From Planctomycetota bacterium (GTDB lineage Bacteria > Planctomycetota > UBA1135 > UBA2386): a stretch of 64,000 bases of DNA. The notes under the pieces are model-generated. The model ran no database searches, had not been told where the DNA came from, and worked only from the letters and a program-made list of their open reading frames with translations. Within the stretch, counting starts at the first letter, position 1; every line of letters starts with the position of its first letter. The stretch covers positions 1 to 64,000 of the forward strand of contig CANMWZ010000021.1 of the NCBI GenBank assembly GCA_947501605.1, given 5' to 3'. A program made the position numbers and the translations under genes. Positions 9,128 to 19,035 of the stretch are shown here, in pieces.

Positions 9128-10230
9128 CGAGCCCGCTCGCTCTCGATGTAGCCGAGGACCGCGTCCATCGCGCGCTCGGCACCATCGATCAGCGGATAGA
9201 ACGCTGTGAGCCCGGTCTCGCCTTCGATGCGTTCCTTGTGCGCAACGCGCGCAGAAGCGTCGAGGTGTTCGTGGTTGAGCGAAATCGCCAGCACGCGCGA
9301 GCCGTACATCCGGATCAGCTCGAGTTCGGAAGTCAGCGACGGGATCTCGTGGTGCAGGTGCTCTTGGTCGTCGAAGAACTTCCGCGCTGGCGCGTGCTGC
9401 AAGATCACGCCGCGCGCGCCGCCCGAAAGCATCAACTCGGCGCCGCATGGGCCCGACGGATTGCGCAGTGCCGACTGGCCTTCGAGCAGGATCAACGACG
9501 GCCGCAGTTCGCGGTCGCACGAGACGATTGCGTGCTCCAGTTCGCCGGAGACGAAATCGTTGGCCGTCGAGTCGAGCACGAAACCAAAACGCGAACCCTG
9601 CAGCCAACCCGTCTGCCCGGTGTAGACCATCTCGGCAGTGAGGCCGCGGCGGCGCATGGCGGCGGCGATCACCTGACAGGTCGTACGCTTGCCGAGCGCG
9701 CAGTCGGTGCCGAGCACGGCGATCCGCGGCGCCGTCACCTGATGGATCGCGCCGCTCCAGAAGTGAATCTCACTGCGGTGCTTTGGCCGACGGATGTCGA
9801 CGATGGCAGCACCACTGCGCGCCGCCGCGGTCACGAGTTGAAGATCGTCGCTGACGAAGTCGTGCAGCCCGTTCGCGACGCTGATGCCGCGCTCGAGGGC
9901 CTGGTACAGAATCGGCTTCATGCCCGCAGGCAGCACGCCACCTGGTGTCGCGACGCCGACGACCAGCCACTGCGGCGCCGCACCGCTGTGCAGCAGCGTG
10001 TCGAGGTCGGCGACCACCGGGATGCCGCGGTGCAAGCCGTCGAGCACGGTGCCCGCATCCTGACCCGAGCTAGCAGCATCGATCACCGCGGTGATGCGGA
10101 AGCGACTCGGGCCGCGCACCAGTCCGTGCGCAGTCTTCGCGTTGGAGGTGGTGAACTGACCGTGGGTCAGGATCGCGGCGGTGTCGGCCATTTGGCCCAT
10201 CGTCTTACCACGCACCACCGCAGCGGACAC
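9124..10230 (-). CDS. DUF1611 family protein (DgcN-like, P-loop-containing)
   Basis: AKTAHGLVR, NGLH, VLGTDCALGKRTT, TGQTG, DFVSGELE and EGQSAL motifs typical of DUF1611. Confidence 0.88.
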   Translation of the reverse strand: MSAAVVRGKTMGQMADTAAILTHGQFTTSNAKTAHGLVRGPSRFRITAVIDAASSGQDAGTVLDGLHRGIPVVADLDTLLHSGAAPQWLVVGVATPGGVLPAGMKPILYQALERGISVANGLHDFVSDDLQLVTAAARSGAAIVDIRRPKHRSEIHFWSGAIHQVTAPRIAVLGTDCALGKRTTCQVIAAAMRRRGLTAEMVYTGQTGWLQGSRFGFVLDSTANDFVSGELEHAIVSCDRELRPSLILLEGQSALRNPSGPCGAELMLSGGARGVILQHAPARKFFDDQEHLHHEIPSLTSELELIRMYGSRVLAISLNHEHLDASARVAHKERIEGETGLTAFYPLIDGAERAMDAVLGYIESERAR

Positions 10231-10278
10231 GAGCGCGTTGGCCGCAGGAGGACAACGCCCACGCAGTTCACGCCACCG

Positions 10279-13200
10279 TCAACGCGCCGGCAACCGCAGC
10301 TCGATGTCGCCCTTGGTCTTGCCACCCTCGACGTCGACCTCGACCTCGGGTCCGAACTGGCTGCCGCCGCCGCCGAGCGGTTGGGCCTGCAGCAGGTAGC
10401 GCCCGGCCGCGAGACCCGCAAAGGTGAACGAACCGGTCATCGCCGGCTGACGCTCTGGCTCGGCATCGGCGCGAGCGGCCGCACGACAGCTGACGAGCAC
10501 CATGCGCACGGGCTTGCCGTCGGCGTCCAGCACGCGACCGCGAATGCGACCGGCGGTGTCGAGCTGCACACGCCCGACGTCGGTCGTCGCATTCTCGAGG
10601 ACCTCCTGGTCGGCGACTTCGCGCTTGGCATAGCGATCGTGCGAGATGCGCACGATGTAGCGACCGGGCGGCACGTCTTCGAGCGCCACCTCGCCATCGA
10701 CGTCGGTCAGCGCGCGTTGTCCACCCAGCGTCATCGTTGAAGTCGAGGCATTGCCATCGCTGTCGCCGCTCACGGTCATGCTGACCATCATCATCTGCGG
10801 CCGCCGCGGTGGTTTCGGCGCACCGGGAGCGGCTGCTTCGATCAGCTCGATGTCGGCGCCCTCGATCGGCTGCCCGGCGGGATCGACGACCACCAAGGTC
10901 ATGCGCCCGTGGCGCAAGCGCAGGTCGCGCACGATCTCGACTTCGCCATCGTGGATCTCGAGATCCATGCTGTCCTTGACGAGTTGCTGCGGCTTGCCCC
11001 AGCGCAACCGATAGCGACCGGGCAGGACCTCGGTGAGCGCGTAGGCGCCATTCGCGTCCGTCGTTACCGATTGCTCGTTCAATCCAGGCGGCTCATGGTC
11101 GTCGAAGCCAACCGTGCCACCAGCGACCGCCGGAGCCGCTGGCGACAGCTCGACCTCGACGCCAGCGGTGGGACCGTTCGAACCGGTCACCACGCCATTC
11201 ACCGTGGCCATCGTTGGCAAGCGCAGGGTGACCGCGGTCTCGCGCCCCGCCTCGACCACGAACGGCACGCGCGTGCTCGTCAGCGACCGGCCATTGCCGG
11301 CAATGAAGATGGGGCCACTGCCACCAGCCATCGTCTGTGTCTTGGGCTTTTGCTGCAGCACTGCCTCGTAGTTACCGGGTGGTAGCTGCCCCATGGTGCC
11401 GATGCCATCTGCCGAGGACGTGTCCTTGTGCTTCTCGGCATTCTCGCCGGCGCCAAGAGGTCCGTTGACGACGAACTCGGCAGCGACCCCGACGCCGCGC
11501 GCATCGGTGACGTTGACACGCAACGATCCTCCGGTGCGGAGCACGAGGCGGAGTTCGATCTCACCATCGGCCGGGAGGACCGTCGCCACCGCCGTCGAAC
11601 TAGCGAAACTCTCGTGCTTGCCGGAGGCCTCGGCGTCGCCGCTCGGCAAACCGGCAATGCGCGCAAAGCCGTCGGCACCCGTGATGCCGCCACCCAACTT
11701 CTCGGCCTCGCCACCGATCCGGATCGGAGAATCAGCCTCGCGGTCGATGCGCACGGCCGTGCGGATCATCGTGCCGTTGCCCTCGCTTCGCGGCTGCGGG
11801 CGCTGCAGCGTGACCTCAGCCCCGACGACCGCGTCGCCCTTTTCGTCGACGACTTGGATGCGCACCGAGGAACCAAGCTGAGCCACCAGCGCGACGCCCT
11901 CGATCTTCTGCGCCGCCGCCAGTTGTAGACCCGCACGCTCTGTCGGCCGATGCCTCTCGCCACGCGCACGCACCGTGATCGGTCCGGGTCGTACGCCGTC
12001 AATCGTGAACGTGCCGTCGGCGGCCGTGACCGCGCCGCCGCGGCGCAGCCCGCCGTCGATCTCTTCGTGACCATCGAAGTCCAACTCGACGCCGCCGGGC
12101 AGCATGTTGGCCAAACCACTCGCCGCTTCGGCAACCGCTCGTCGGGCCGACACGCGACTGCCTGCGATCGGCTTACCGCCGCTGTCGCGCAAGACACCGC
12201 TGACCGAGCCGAACCGCGCCATCCGCATCACCAAGTTGCCGGTGCCGACCCGCACGTCGTTCGCCATCGCGCGTTCGTGCTGAGCGTGCGTCGCTCGCAC
12301 CGCCGCCGTCTCGCCAGCGAGACCGCCCAGCGTGAAGAAGCCGCGCGCATCCGTGGTCGTCGCTTCTTCTTCGGCGAAGCGCGAGATCTCCATTCCGGCA
12401 GTCTTCTCGCGCCGCATACAACCGACCTTGACGCCGGCGATGCCGACCCCGCGGTCGTCGACGACCTGTCCCGCGATCGCGTTACCGCGTCCGAGCGCGA
12501 TGACCAAGTCGGTCTTCTGCTCTTCGTCGGCGACTTCGACATCCAGCACCGCGGGCAAGAACTGCGGCGACAGCGTGCGCACGTGCCAGGTGCCGGCCTG
12601 CAGCCCGCCGATCGTGAACGCGCCGGTGCTGTCCGTCGACGTCGAGGACGACAAGCCCATGCCCAACATCGATTGGTCGGCGCCGAGGCGCACGCCTTCG
12701 ATCGGCTTGCCCGCTTCGTCGCGAACGACACCGGCGATCCGCGCCGGCAGCAACGTCACCAGGTCGCCGAGATCGGCATCACCGCCATCAGTCGAGAACG
12801 ACTCCCGGCCCTTGGCGAGGACCAGGTGCTCGACGTCGAGCGACAGTCGACCAACGCGGCCCTTGGCCACCGAGAAGCGAAACCGTCCGTCGGCGTCAGT
12901 GCGCGTGCGGCCCTCGAACTCGCGCTCGTCGGCGAAGGCAGCGCTGCCGAGCAGTTCGTAATCTGGTGAGCTCTTCCAACTGTGCCAGCGAACCTCGACC
13001 TCGCGGCGCGGCGCGCCACTGCGGTCGACGAGCCGCCCGCTCACCAGTGCCGATGCCTCGGCCACGGCGCCCGAGGTCACGGCCGTGCGGACCGCAGTGC
13101 CAGCACCGTCCGCGGCGGGCGCCGCCTCGGACCGCAGCGAGGCCGCCACGCCGCTCGCCGCTTCGGGCGTTGTCGCCACCGTCTTTGAGGGCGCGGTCGG

Positions 13201-13302
13201 CGCGGAGCCGAGCCCCGGGTCGACGGGCGTCGAGTCGGGCCAGAACGCGTAACAGAGACCGACGACAGCGAGCAGACCGACAACGAGCAGGAGCGAGCGC
13301 AT
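10279..13302 (-). CDS. Large secreted or membrane-anchored carboxypeptidase-regulatory-like (Cna-B/transthyretin-like) repeat protein
   Basis: Repeated 'G.V.D..G.P..G..V' and 'TD.DG.F...GL..G' units; N-terminal TM or signal segment. Confidence 0.8.
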   Translation of the reverse strand: MRSLLLVVGLLAVVGLCYAFWPDSTPVDPGLGSAPTAPSKTVATTPEAASGVAASLRSEAAPAADGAGTAVRTAVTSGAVAEASALVSGRLVDRSGAPRREVEVRWHSWKSSPDYELLGSAAFADEREFEGRTRTDADGRFRFSVAKGRVGRLSLDVEHLVLAKGRESFSTDGGDADLGDLVTLLPARIAGVVRDEAGKPIEGVRLGADQSMLGMGLSSSTSTDSTGAFTIGGLQAGTWHVRTLSPQFLPAVLDVEVADEEQKTDLVIALGRGNAIAGQVVDDRGVGIAGVKVGCMRREKTAGMEISRFAEEEATTTDARGFFTLGGLAGETAAVRATHAQHERAMANDVRVGTGNLVMRMARFGSVSGVLRDSGGKPIAGSRVSARRAVAEAASGLANMLPGGVELDFDGHEEIDGGLRRGGAVTAADGTFTIDGVRPGPITVRARGERHRPTERAGLQLAAAQKIEGVALVAQLGSSVRIQVVDEKGDAVVGAEVTLQRPQPRSEGNGTMIRTAVRIDREADSPIRIGGEAEKLGGGITGADGFARIAGLPSGDAEASGKHESFASSTAVATVLPADGEIELRLVLRTGGSLRVNVTDARGVGVAAEFVVNGPLGAGENAEKHKDTSSADGIGTMGQLPPGNYEAVLQQKPKTQTMAGGSGPIFIAGNGRSLTSTRVPFVVEAGRETAVTLRLPTMATVNGVVTGSNGPTAGVEVELSPAAPAVAGGTVGFDDHEPPGLNEQSVTTDANGAYALTEVLPGRYRLRWGKPQQLVKDSMDLEIHDGEVEIVRDLRLRHGRMTLVVVDPAGQPIEGADIELIEAAAPGAPKPPRRPQMMMVSMTVSGDSDGNASTSTMTLGGQRALTDVDGEVALEDVPPGRYIVRISHDRYAKREVADQEVLENATTDVGRVQLDTAGRIRGRVLDADGKPVRMVLVSCRAAARADAEPERQPAMTGSFTFAGLAAGRYLLQAQPLGGGGSQFGPEVEVDVEGGKTKGDIELRLPAR

Positions 13303-13484
13303 GAGTTACCTCCAGACGAGCGCCGCCCGACGGTCCGGTGCGACGAAGACTTCCAGTTGGCCGAACCAAGTGCGGTAGACCCAGCCGCGCCATGCAGGAT
13401 CGCAGGAGGCGACAGGTCGCATTGGGCAGTGGTAGCCAGCGGGGCTAGGCTTCGCCACCTTCCGAACCGGACCGATCAGAAGCC

Positions 13485-14897
13485 ATGCCCACCCTCGCTC
13501 ACCACAAGCGGCGCCGCGCCGAGTTCTTGAACTCACTCGACGGCCCGGTGCTGCTCTTCGCCGGCGGCTGGATGTCGCGCAACTACCCGGCCAACTGGTG
13601 GCCCTTCCGCGCCGACAGCACGTTCCTGTTCTTCTTCCCTGACCCCGAGCCGAACGCGGCAGCGCTGTTCGACCCGAAGGATGGCTCGGTCACGCTATTC
13701 CTCGACGAACGCACGCAGCAAGACGCCCTGTGGCACGGCTCGGTGCCGAGCTTCGCTGACATCAAGAAAGCCCTCGGCGTGACTGAGGTGCAGAACCGCA
13801 GCGAACTGGGCAAGCTGGTCAAGAAGCAAGCGGGCAGGCGGAAGGTGCAGAGCCTCGCCGTTGCCGATTCCTTGACGACCGCCGAAGCCGCCGCGATCAC
13901 CGGCGAAGCGCTCGACTTCCGGTCGCCAGCCGCCATCGGCGACGCCGCGCTGCTGGCGAAGATCGCCAGCTTGCGGATGCAGCGCTCGGCCGAAGAACTC
14001 GTCGACATGCGCCAGGCGGCGAAGATCACGCACGAAGCCCACGTGCTCGCCATGGCCCACACCCGCCCAGGGCTCTACGAGCAGGAACTCGCCGGTCAGG
14101 TCGAAGGCACGTTTGCGCGCCACGGCTGCCGCCCGGCCTACAACACGATCCTGAGCGTGCGCGGCGAAGTGCTGCACAACACGCACCATCACAACCTGAT
14201 GATGGCGACCGATCTCGTACTGCTCGACGCCGGCGCCGAGGTCCGCAGCGGTTACTGCGCCGACGTGACGCGAACGTGGCCGGTCAGCGGCACCTTCTCG
14301 CCCGAAGCGCGCGACATCTATGACGTCGTGCTCGCTGCCGAGAAAGCCGCGATCGAAGCGGTGAAGCCCGGCGTTCGCTATCGCGACGTGCATCTCACCG
14401 CCTGCCGCACCATCGCCGCCGGCCTCGCCCAGTTGGGCCTGCTCAAGGGCTCGCCGGATGCCTTGGTCGAGAGCGGCGCGCATGCGTTGTTCTTCCCGCA
14501 CGGCGTCGGCCACGTGCTCGGCCTCGACGTGCACGACATGGAAGCCTTCGGCGACCAGATCCACTACGGCAAGGGCCGCTCGCGCAGCCAGCAGTTCGGC
14601 ACCGCCTATCTGCGCCTCGACCTCGATCTGCAGCCGGGCATGTGCTTCACCATCGAACCGGGCATTTACTTTGTGCCGGCGATCCTGCGCGATGCTGAGT
14701 TCAGAAAGCAGTGGAAGGGAATGGTCGACTTCAAGCTGGCGGAGACCTTCCTGACCATGAACAGCATGCGCGGCTTCGGCGGCATCCGCATCGAAGACGA
14801 CGTGTTGTGCACAGAGACCGGCGCTGAAGTGCTGACCCAGTCCATCCCCAAGGAACGCATCGCGATCGAAGCGCTGGTCGGCAGCGCCGCGCGCTGA
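13485..14897 (+). CDS. pepP: Xaa-Pro aminopeptidase (aminopeptidase P, M24B)
   Basis: FRADSTFLFF, LLDAGAE, YCADVTRTWP, HGVGHVLGLDVHD, TIEPGIYF, GGIRIEDDVL. Confidence 0.9.
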   Translation: MPTLAHHKRRRAEFLNSLDGPVLLFAGGWMSRNYPANWWPFRADSTFLFFFPDPEPNAAALFDPKDGSVTLFLDERTQQDALWHGSVPSFADIKKALGVTEVQNRSELGKLVKKQAGRRKVQSLAVADSLTTAEAAAITGEALDFRSPAAIGDAALLAKIASLRMQRSAEELVDMRQAAKITHEAHVLAMAHTRPGLYEQELAGQVEGTFARHGCRPAYNTILSVRGEVLHNTHHHNLMMATDLVLLDAGAEVRSGYCADVTRTWPVSGTFSPEARDIYDVVLAAEKAAIEAVKPGVRYRDVHLTACRTIAAGLAQLGLLKGSPDALVESGAHALFFPHGVGHVLGLDVHDMEAFGDQIHYGKGRSRSQQFGTAYLRLDLDLQPGMCFTIEPGIYFVPAILRDAEFRKQWKGMVDFKLAETFLTMNSMRGFGGIRIEDDVLCTETGAEVLTQSIPKERIAIEALVGSAAR

Positions 14898-14901
14898 GCC
14901 A

Positions 14902-15468
14902 ATGGCTGCCGTTGCCCGTTGCCCTTGGTGCGCGACCGACCCGCTCTACATCGCCTATCACGACGAGGAGTGGGGCGTGCCACAACACGACGACCATCAC
15001 CTCTTCGAAATGCTGATCCTCGAAGGGGCGCAAGCCGGCCTGTCCTGGATCACCATTCTCAAGAAGCGCCAGAACTACCGCCGCGCCTACGCGGGCTTTG
15101 ATCCGCACAAGGTCGCGCAGTTTGACGCCGAGAAGACAGCGGCGCTGCTGCTCGACGCCGGCATCGTGCGCAATCGTCTGAAGATCGCGTCCTCGATCGA
15201 CAACGCCTCGGCGTTTCTGCAACTGCAGCAGGAGCACGGTTCGTTCGACGCCTGGCTGTGGCGCTTCGTCGATGGCAAACCGATCGTCAATCGCCCGCGC
15301 TCCATGAGCGCAGTGCCGGCCCGCACCGAGCTGTCGGATCGCATCGCCAAAGAACTCAAGAAGCGTGGCTTCCGCTTCGTCGGCAGCACGATCGTCTACG
15401 CCTTCTTGCAAGCGGTCGGAGTCGTCGACGACCACCTCGCCACCTGCCATCGCGCCAAGCGACGATGA
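14902..15468 (+). CDS. tag: DNA-3-methyladenine glycosylase I
   Basis: RCPW, YHDEEWG, LFEMLILEGAQAGLSW, IVRNRLKI, GFRFVGSTIVYAFLQAVG..DDH..C. Confidence 0.95.
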   Translation: MAAVARCPWCATDPLYIAYHDEEWGVPQHDDHHLFEMLILEGAQAGLSWITILKKRQNYRRAYAGFDPHKVAQFDAEKTAALLLDAGIVRNRLKIASSIDNASAFLQLQQEHGSFDAWLWRFVDGKPIVNRPRSMSAVPARTELSDRIAKELKKRGFRFVGSTIVYAFLQAVGVVDDHLATCHRAKRR

Positions 15469-15920
15469 TCGGAACCCTGCACGCGGTCTACCTCCGTCCC
15501 GGCGCTCGCATCCCGGCCGTCAGCCGACAGCACGCCATCGCCGTCGAAGGTCGCGGACTCGACGGCGATCACCAGGACGGCGGCAAGCGCCAGGTGACGC
15601 TACTGGACCGCGACGCCTGGGCCGCGGCCTGCGCCCTGCTCGGTCGCGACCTCGACGCCGGTGTGCGCCGCGCCAATCTGGTCCTCAGCGGGCTCGAGTT
15701 GCACAACGCACTCGGCGGCACCGTGACAATCGGCGACGTCGTGATCGACGTGCTCGGCGAGACGCGGCCGTGCGAACTGATGGACGACGACGGTCGCCTC
15801 GGCCTGCAGAACGCGCTGCGGCCCGAGCGCCGCGGCGGCGTCTACGGCCGCATTCGCTGCGGCGGCGAGTTGCGCGTCGGCATGGCGTGCAGCTTCGAGC
15901 CGAGCTCCGACCGCGCCTGA
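15465..15920 (+). CDS. MOSC domain protein
   Basis: GLDGD, RQVTL, RRANLVLSG, ETRPCELMD, RGGVYGRI; ATGA overlap with the tag stop. Confidence 0.85.
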   Translation: MIGTLHAVYLRPGARIPAVSRQHAIAVEGRGLDGDHQDGGKRQVTLLDRDAWAAACALLGRDLDAGVRRANLVLSGLELHNALGGTVTIGDVVIDVLGETRPCELMDDDGRLGLQNALRPERRGGVYGRIRCGGELRVGMACSFEPSSDRA

Positions 15921-16090
15921 ACCGTCACTTCGCTTGCTGGCGGCGACGTCGCTGCGATCGATCCGCTTCGGCGCCACGCGAAGGCGCAGACGGAACGGAC
16001 CCCTAGTGGAGTGACTGCGAAGTTGGCCACCGATGGCGCCGGCCGCAACCGATGGCGCTTTGCGCAACCACTCCTAGACTCGTTGCCCTC

Positions 16091-17497
16091 ATGCCCCCGT
16101 CTGCGCCAACGCTCGACTCTGCCCAAGTCCGCACCATCCGCCTCGCCGCCCAAGGGATGGCACTGGCGCCAGGGATGCCACCGGCGCACGTCGTTGCACG
16201 CGTTGGCTGGCTCCGGACTCTTGGTGGTGCCGATGCCTATCTCGCGCTGCACGCTCGCCAGAACCGCATCGCTCGCGGACTGATCGATACCCAGGTGCAG
16301 CACGGCGAACTGCGCGTCGTCCCGGCCGTTCGCGGCTGCATCTACCTCGCACCGAAGACCGACGTTGCGCTGTGCCTTTCGATCGCCGAGTCGATGTCGA
16401 GTGCCCGTGCTGCACGCGAGCATGACAAGGCCGGAATCAAGAAGGGTGAGATCGCAAAGCTCTCCGATCAGGTCTCCACTCTGCTCACGACCAAGGGACC
16501 GATGACCACCGATGCGCTGCGGCGAGCGTTGCCGGATGGCAGCATTCGCAGTCTTGGTGACGCCGGCAAGAAGGTGGGCATCAGCTCGCCACTGCCGCCG
16601 GCCTTGCGAGCGCTCGAGTTCGCGCGCCGCATCGAGCGCACTCCCGAAGACGGGCGGCTTGACCACGAACGCTATCTCTGGCGCGCCCTAGGACCGTCGA
16701 CACCGGTCGCGATGCCAAGCGATCTCCCGCACTTGCATGCGCAACTGCTCGAACGCTTCGTTCACTTCGCCGGCGTCGCCACGCTGCCGATGTTCTGCGC
16801 CTGGTCGGGACTGTCGCGGCGCGACGCAACGGCGGCGGTGCCGTTTGCGGCCGTCGACTGCGTGGTCGCCGATCACCAGGACGCCGTTTGCCGAACTGAC
16901 TCGAACGATCTCCTACGCATGGCTCCCGCGGTCGACGGCGCGGTTGCGTTCTTGTCGTTCGAAGACAACTTGGTCCATCTCTACGGTGGACCGGCGCATC
17001 TCGTCGACGATGCGCATCTCGACATCGAGGTGCCGAGCTGGGGGGCCAGCAAGAGCAAGGCGGCGCCGACACACACGCTCCGCACAGCGCCGCACCTTGC
17101 ACTAAGGCCTCTGCTCGCCGACGGCTGCCTCAGCGGTTTCTGGGAGTACGACCCCGACGTCGGGGTCGCCATGCCGCGCTGCTTCCGAACGCCGTCGCGA
17201 GAAGCACAGAAGAAGATCGAGGAGCACAGCTTTGCGGTCAGCGCGTTCTTGCGCACCGAGATCGGGCACGGCCGCTCGTTCTCCCTCGACACCGACGACG
17301 AACTGCGCCTGCGCTGCAAGCTGCTGCGCTCGATCGGCGGGGATCGAGTTGTGGTTGTTCCAGCGCCGACGCGCAGCAAAGCGCCGCGCATGCCGTCGCC
17401 AACGAAGCCAAGGGCCACGACGCAGAAACCAGCCGCCGCGACGGTAGCGAAGTCGAAGCCCGCGGCTGGCAAACTCCGCAAGAAGCCGAAGGACTGA
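16091..17497 (+). CDS. Winged-helix HTH_42 / AlkZ-YcaQ-like DNA crosslink glycosylase family protein with Lys/Pro-rich tail
   Basis: N-terminal RLAAQG, AYLALHAR and VRGCIYL; FCAWSGL; FLSFEDNL; LADGCLSGFWEY; start at 16091 inferred. Confidence 0.7.
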   Translation: MPPSAPTLDSAQVRTIRLAAQGMALAPGMPPAHVVARVGWLRTLGGADAYLALHARQNRIARGLIDTQVQHGELRVVPAVRGCIYLAPKTDVALCLSIAESMSSARAAREHDKAGIKKGEIAKLSDQVSTLLTTKGPMTTDALRRALPDGSIRSLGDAGKKVGISSPLPPALRALEFARRIERTPEDGRLDHERYLWRALGPSTPVAMPSDLPHLHAQLLERFVHFAGVATLPMFCAWSGLSRRDATAAVPFAAVDCVVADHQDAVCRTDSNDLLRMAPAVDGAVAFLSFEDNLVHLYGGPAHLVDDAHLDIEVPSWGASKSKAAPTHTLRTAPHLALRPLLADGCLSGFWEYDPDVGVAMPRCFRTPSREAQKKIEEHSFAVSAFLRTEIGHGRSFSLDTDDELRLRCKLLRSIGGDRVVVVPAPTRSKAPRMPSPTKPRATTQKPAAATVAKSKPAAGKLRKKPKD

Positions 17498-17795
17498 TCG
17501 CGTTTCGGCACCGTCGACGATGCCGACGCCCGCGGGGAGTGGCTGCGTCGTGCGGATCTGGTAGAGCCACGGGCGGAGCGCAACTGGTTCTGTGTACGTA
17601 GGCGCGCGCGCAGCGGTCAACGCGTTAGAAGTGCTTCCCCAATTGGCCTGCGAGCGCGACCGAGCAGCGAAGGTCGAGGCCAAGGCGCGGACTCGCGGCG
17701 GAACTTGCAGATTCCGCGACGAGCCCGCAACGCCGCCCTCGCCCGACGTAGCGGCCGCTGGCGCTTCTTAACTCCACGTCTAGCCTACGAGTCTG

Positions 17796-18455
17796 ATGTT
17801 CACTGCCTACCTCCGCGCCTTCGGCCAGGTGTTCGATCCGCGCATCGTCCGGATCCTCGGAGTCTCCGTGCTGCTCTCGGTGGTCGTCTTCGCACTGCTG
17901 TGGAGCGGCATCGCATGGCTGCTGACCCAATCCGAAGTCACGTCGTGGTGGCTGCTCGAGAAACTGCTCGACGTGCTCGGCGGCGTCGCCACCATCGTGA
18001 CGACGTTCTTTGTCTTCCCCGTCGTGATCAGCGCCACGATCGGCCTGTTCCTCGACTCGGTCGCCCGTGCGGTCGAACAACGCTACTACCCCGATCGCAA
18101 GCCCAAGGGCCTCAGCGTGCTCGCCGGCATCTGGGCCTCGGTGCGCTTCTTGCTCAAGGCCGTCGTCATCAACCTCGTGCTGCTGCTGTTCCTCTTCGTG
18201 CCCGTGCTCTACCCGTTTGCGTGGTTGGCGGCGAATGCCTACCTGCTCTCGCGCGAGTACTTCGAACTGGTCGCGCTGCGGCACCTCGATGCGCGAGCAG
18301 CACGCGAACTGCGTCGCAGTCGCAGCCTGCCGCTGTTCTTCGCCGGGCTCCCGGCGGCGGGACTATTCGCGATCCCGGTCGTCAACCTCATCGCGCCGGT
18401 GCTCACGACCATGGCGATGGTGCACGTGTTCGAGCGCGGTCGACGCGCTCCTTGA
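17796..18455 (+). CDS. EI24/CysZ-like membrane protein
   Basis: Multi-TM protein with FLDSVARAVEQRYYP, YLLSREYFELVALRH and IPVVNLIAPV. Confidence 0.8.
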   Translation: MFTAYLRAFGQVFDPRIVRILGVSVLLSVVVFALLWSGIAWLLTQSEVTSWWLLEKLLDVLGGVATIVTTFFVFPVVISATIGLFLDSVARAVEQRYYPDRKPKGLSVLAGIWASVRFLLKAVVINLVLLLFLFVPVLYPFAWLAANAYLLSREYFELVALRHLDARAARELRRSRSLPLFFAGLPAAGLFAIPVVNLIAPVLTTMAMVHVFERGRRAP

Positions 18456-18462
18456 ACCCGAC

Positions 18463-18906
18463 TCAGGCAACCCCGCCGGGCGGCGGATAGACCAGGACTG
18501 GGATGTGTGCGTGGCGCAGCACGCTTTCCGCAACCGAGCCGAGTAGAAACCGCCGCAACCCGCTTCGCCCATGGGTAGCGATCGCGAGGAATGCGGCCTG
18601 CTCCTTGTGTGCGAACTCGACGATCGCACGCGGCACATCCGCAGCTTCGATCAACACCGAGCGCACGGGCACTGCGCTGCCGAGCGCCTTGGTCAGCTCC
18701 GCGAGCCGTTTGGACCAGTCGGCGTGAATCCGGCCGCGATCGGGATAGACCGACACCAAGCCGCCGGCAGTCGGCTCGAACGGGAGGTACTCGAGCACTG
18801 CCAGCAACACGATGGACAGGCCCAGGCGCTCCGCCAAGAGGACTGCCGGCTTGAACGCGCGCTCGGACTCGGGGGACAGATCGGTCGTCAGGACGATGCT
18901 GCTCAT
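18463..18906 (-). CDS. Universal stress protein (UspA family)
   Basis: IVLTTDLSPES and ATHGRSGLRRFLLGSVAESVLRHAHIPVLV; ATG at 18906. Confidence 0.9.
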   Translation of the reverse strand: MSSIVLTTDLSPESERAFKPAVLLAERLGLSIVLLAVLEYLPFEPTAGGLVSVYPDRGRIHADWSKRLAELTKALGSAVPVRSVLIEAADVPRAIVEFAHKEQAAFLAIATHGRSGLRRFLLGSVAESVLRHAHIPVLVYPPPGGVA

Positions 18907-19035
18907 GCGGCCACCTTGCCGCAATGAGGCTCCAACGGCAAGTCGCTCGAATGCGGCCCCCCGCGGTAGCGAAGTAGAGTCAACGGCCGCCTGCCCCGCG
19001 ACTTTGCGTCGCCTTGCTGGCACCTTGTCAGCTCC

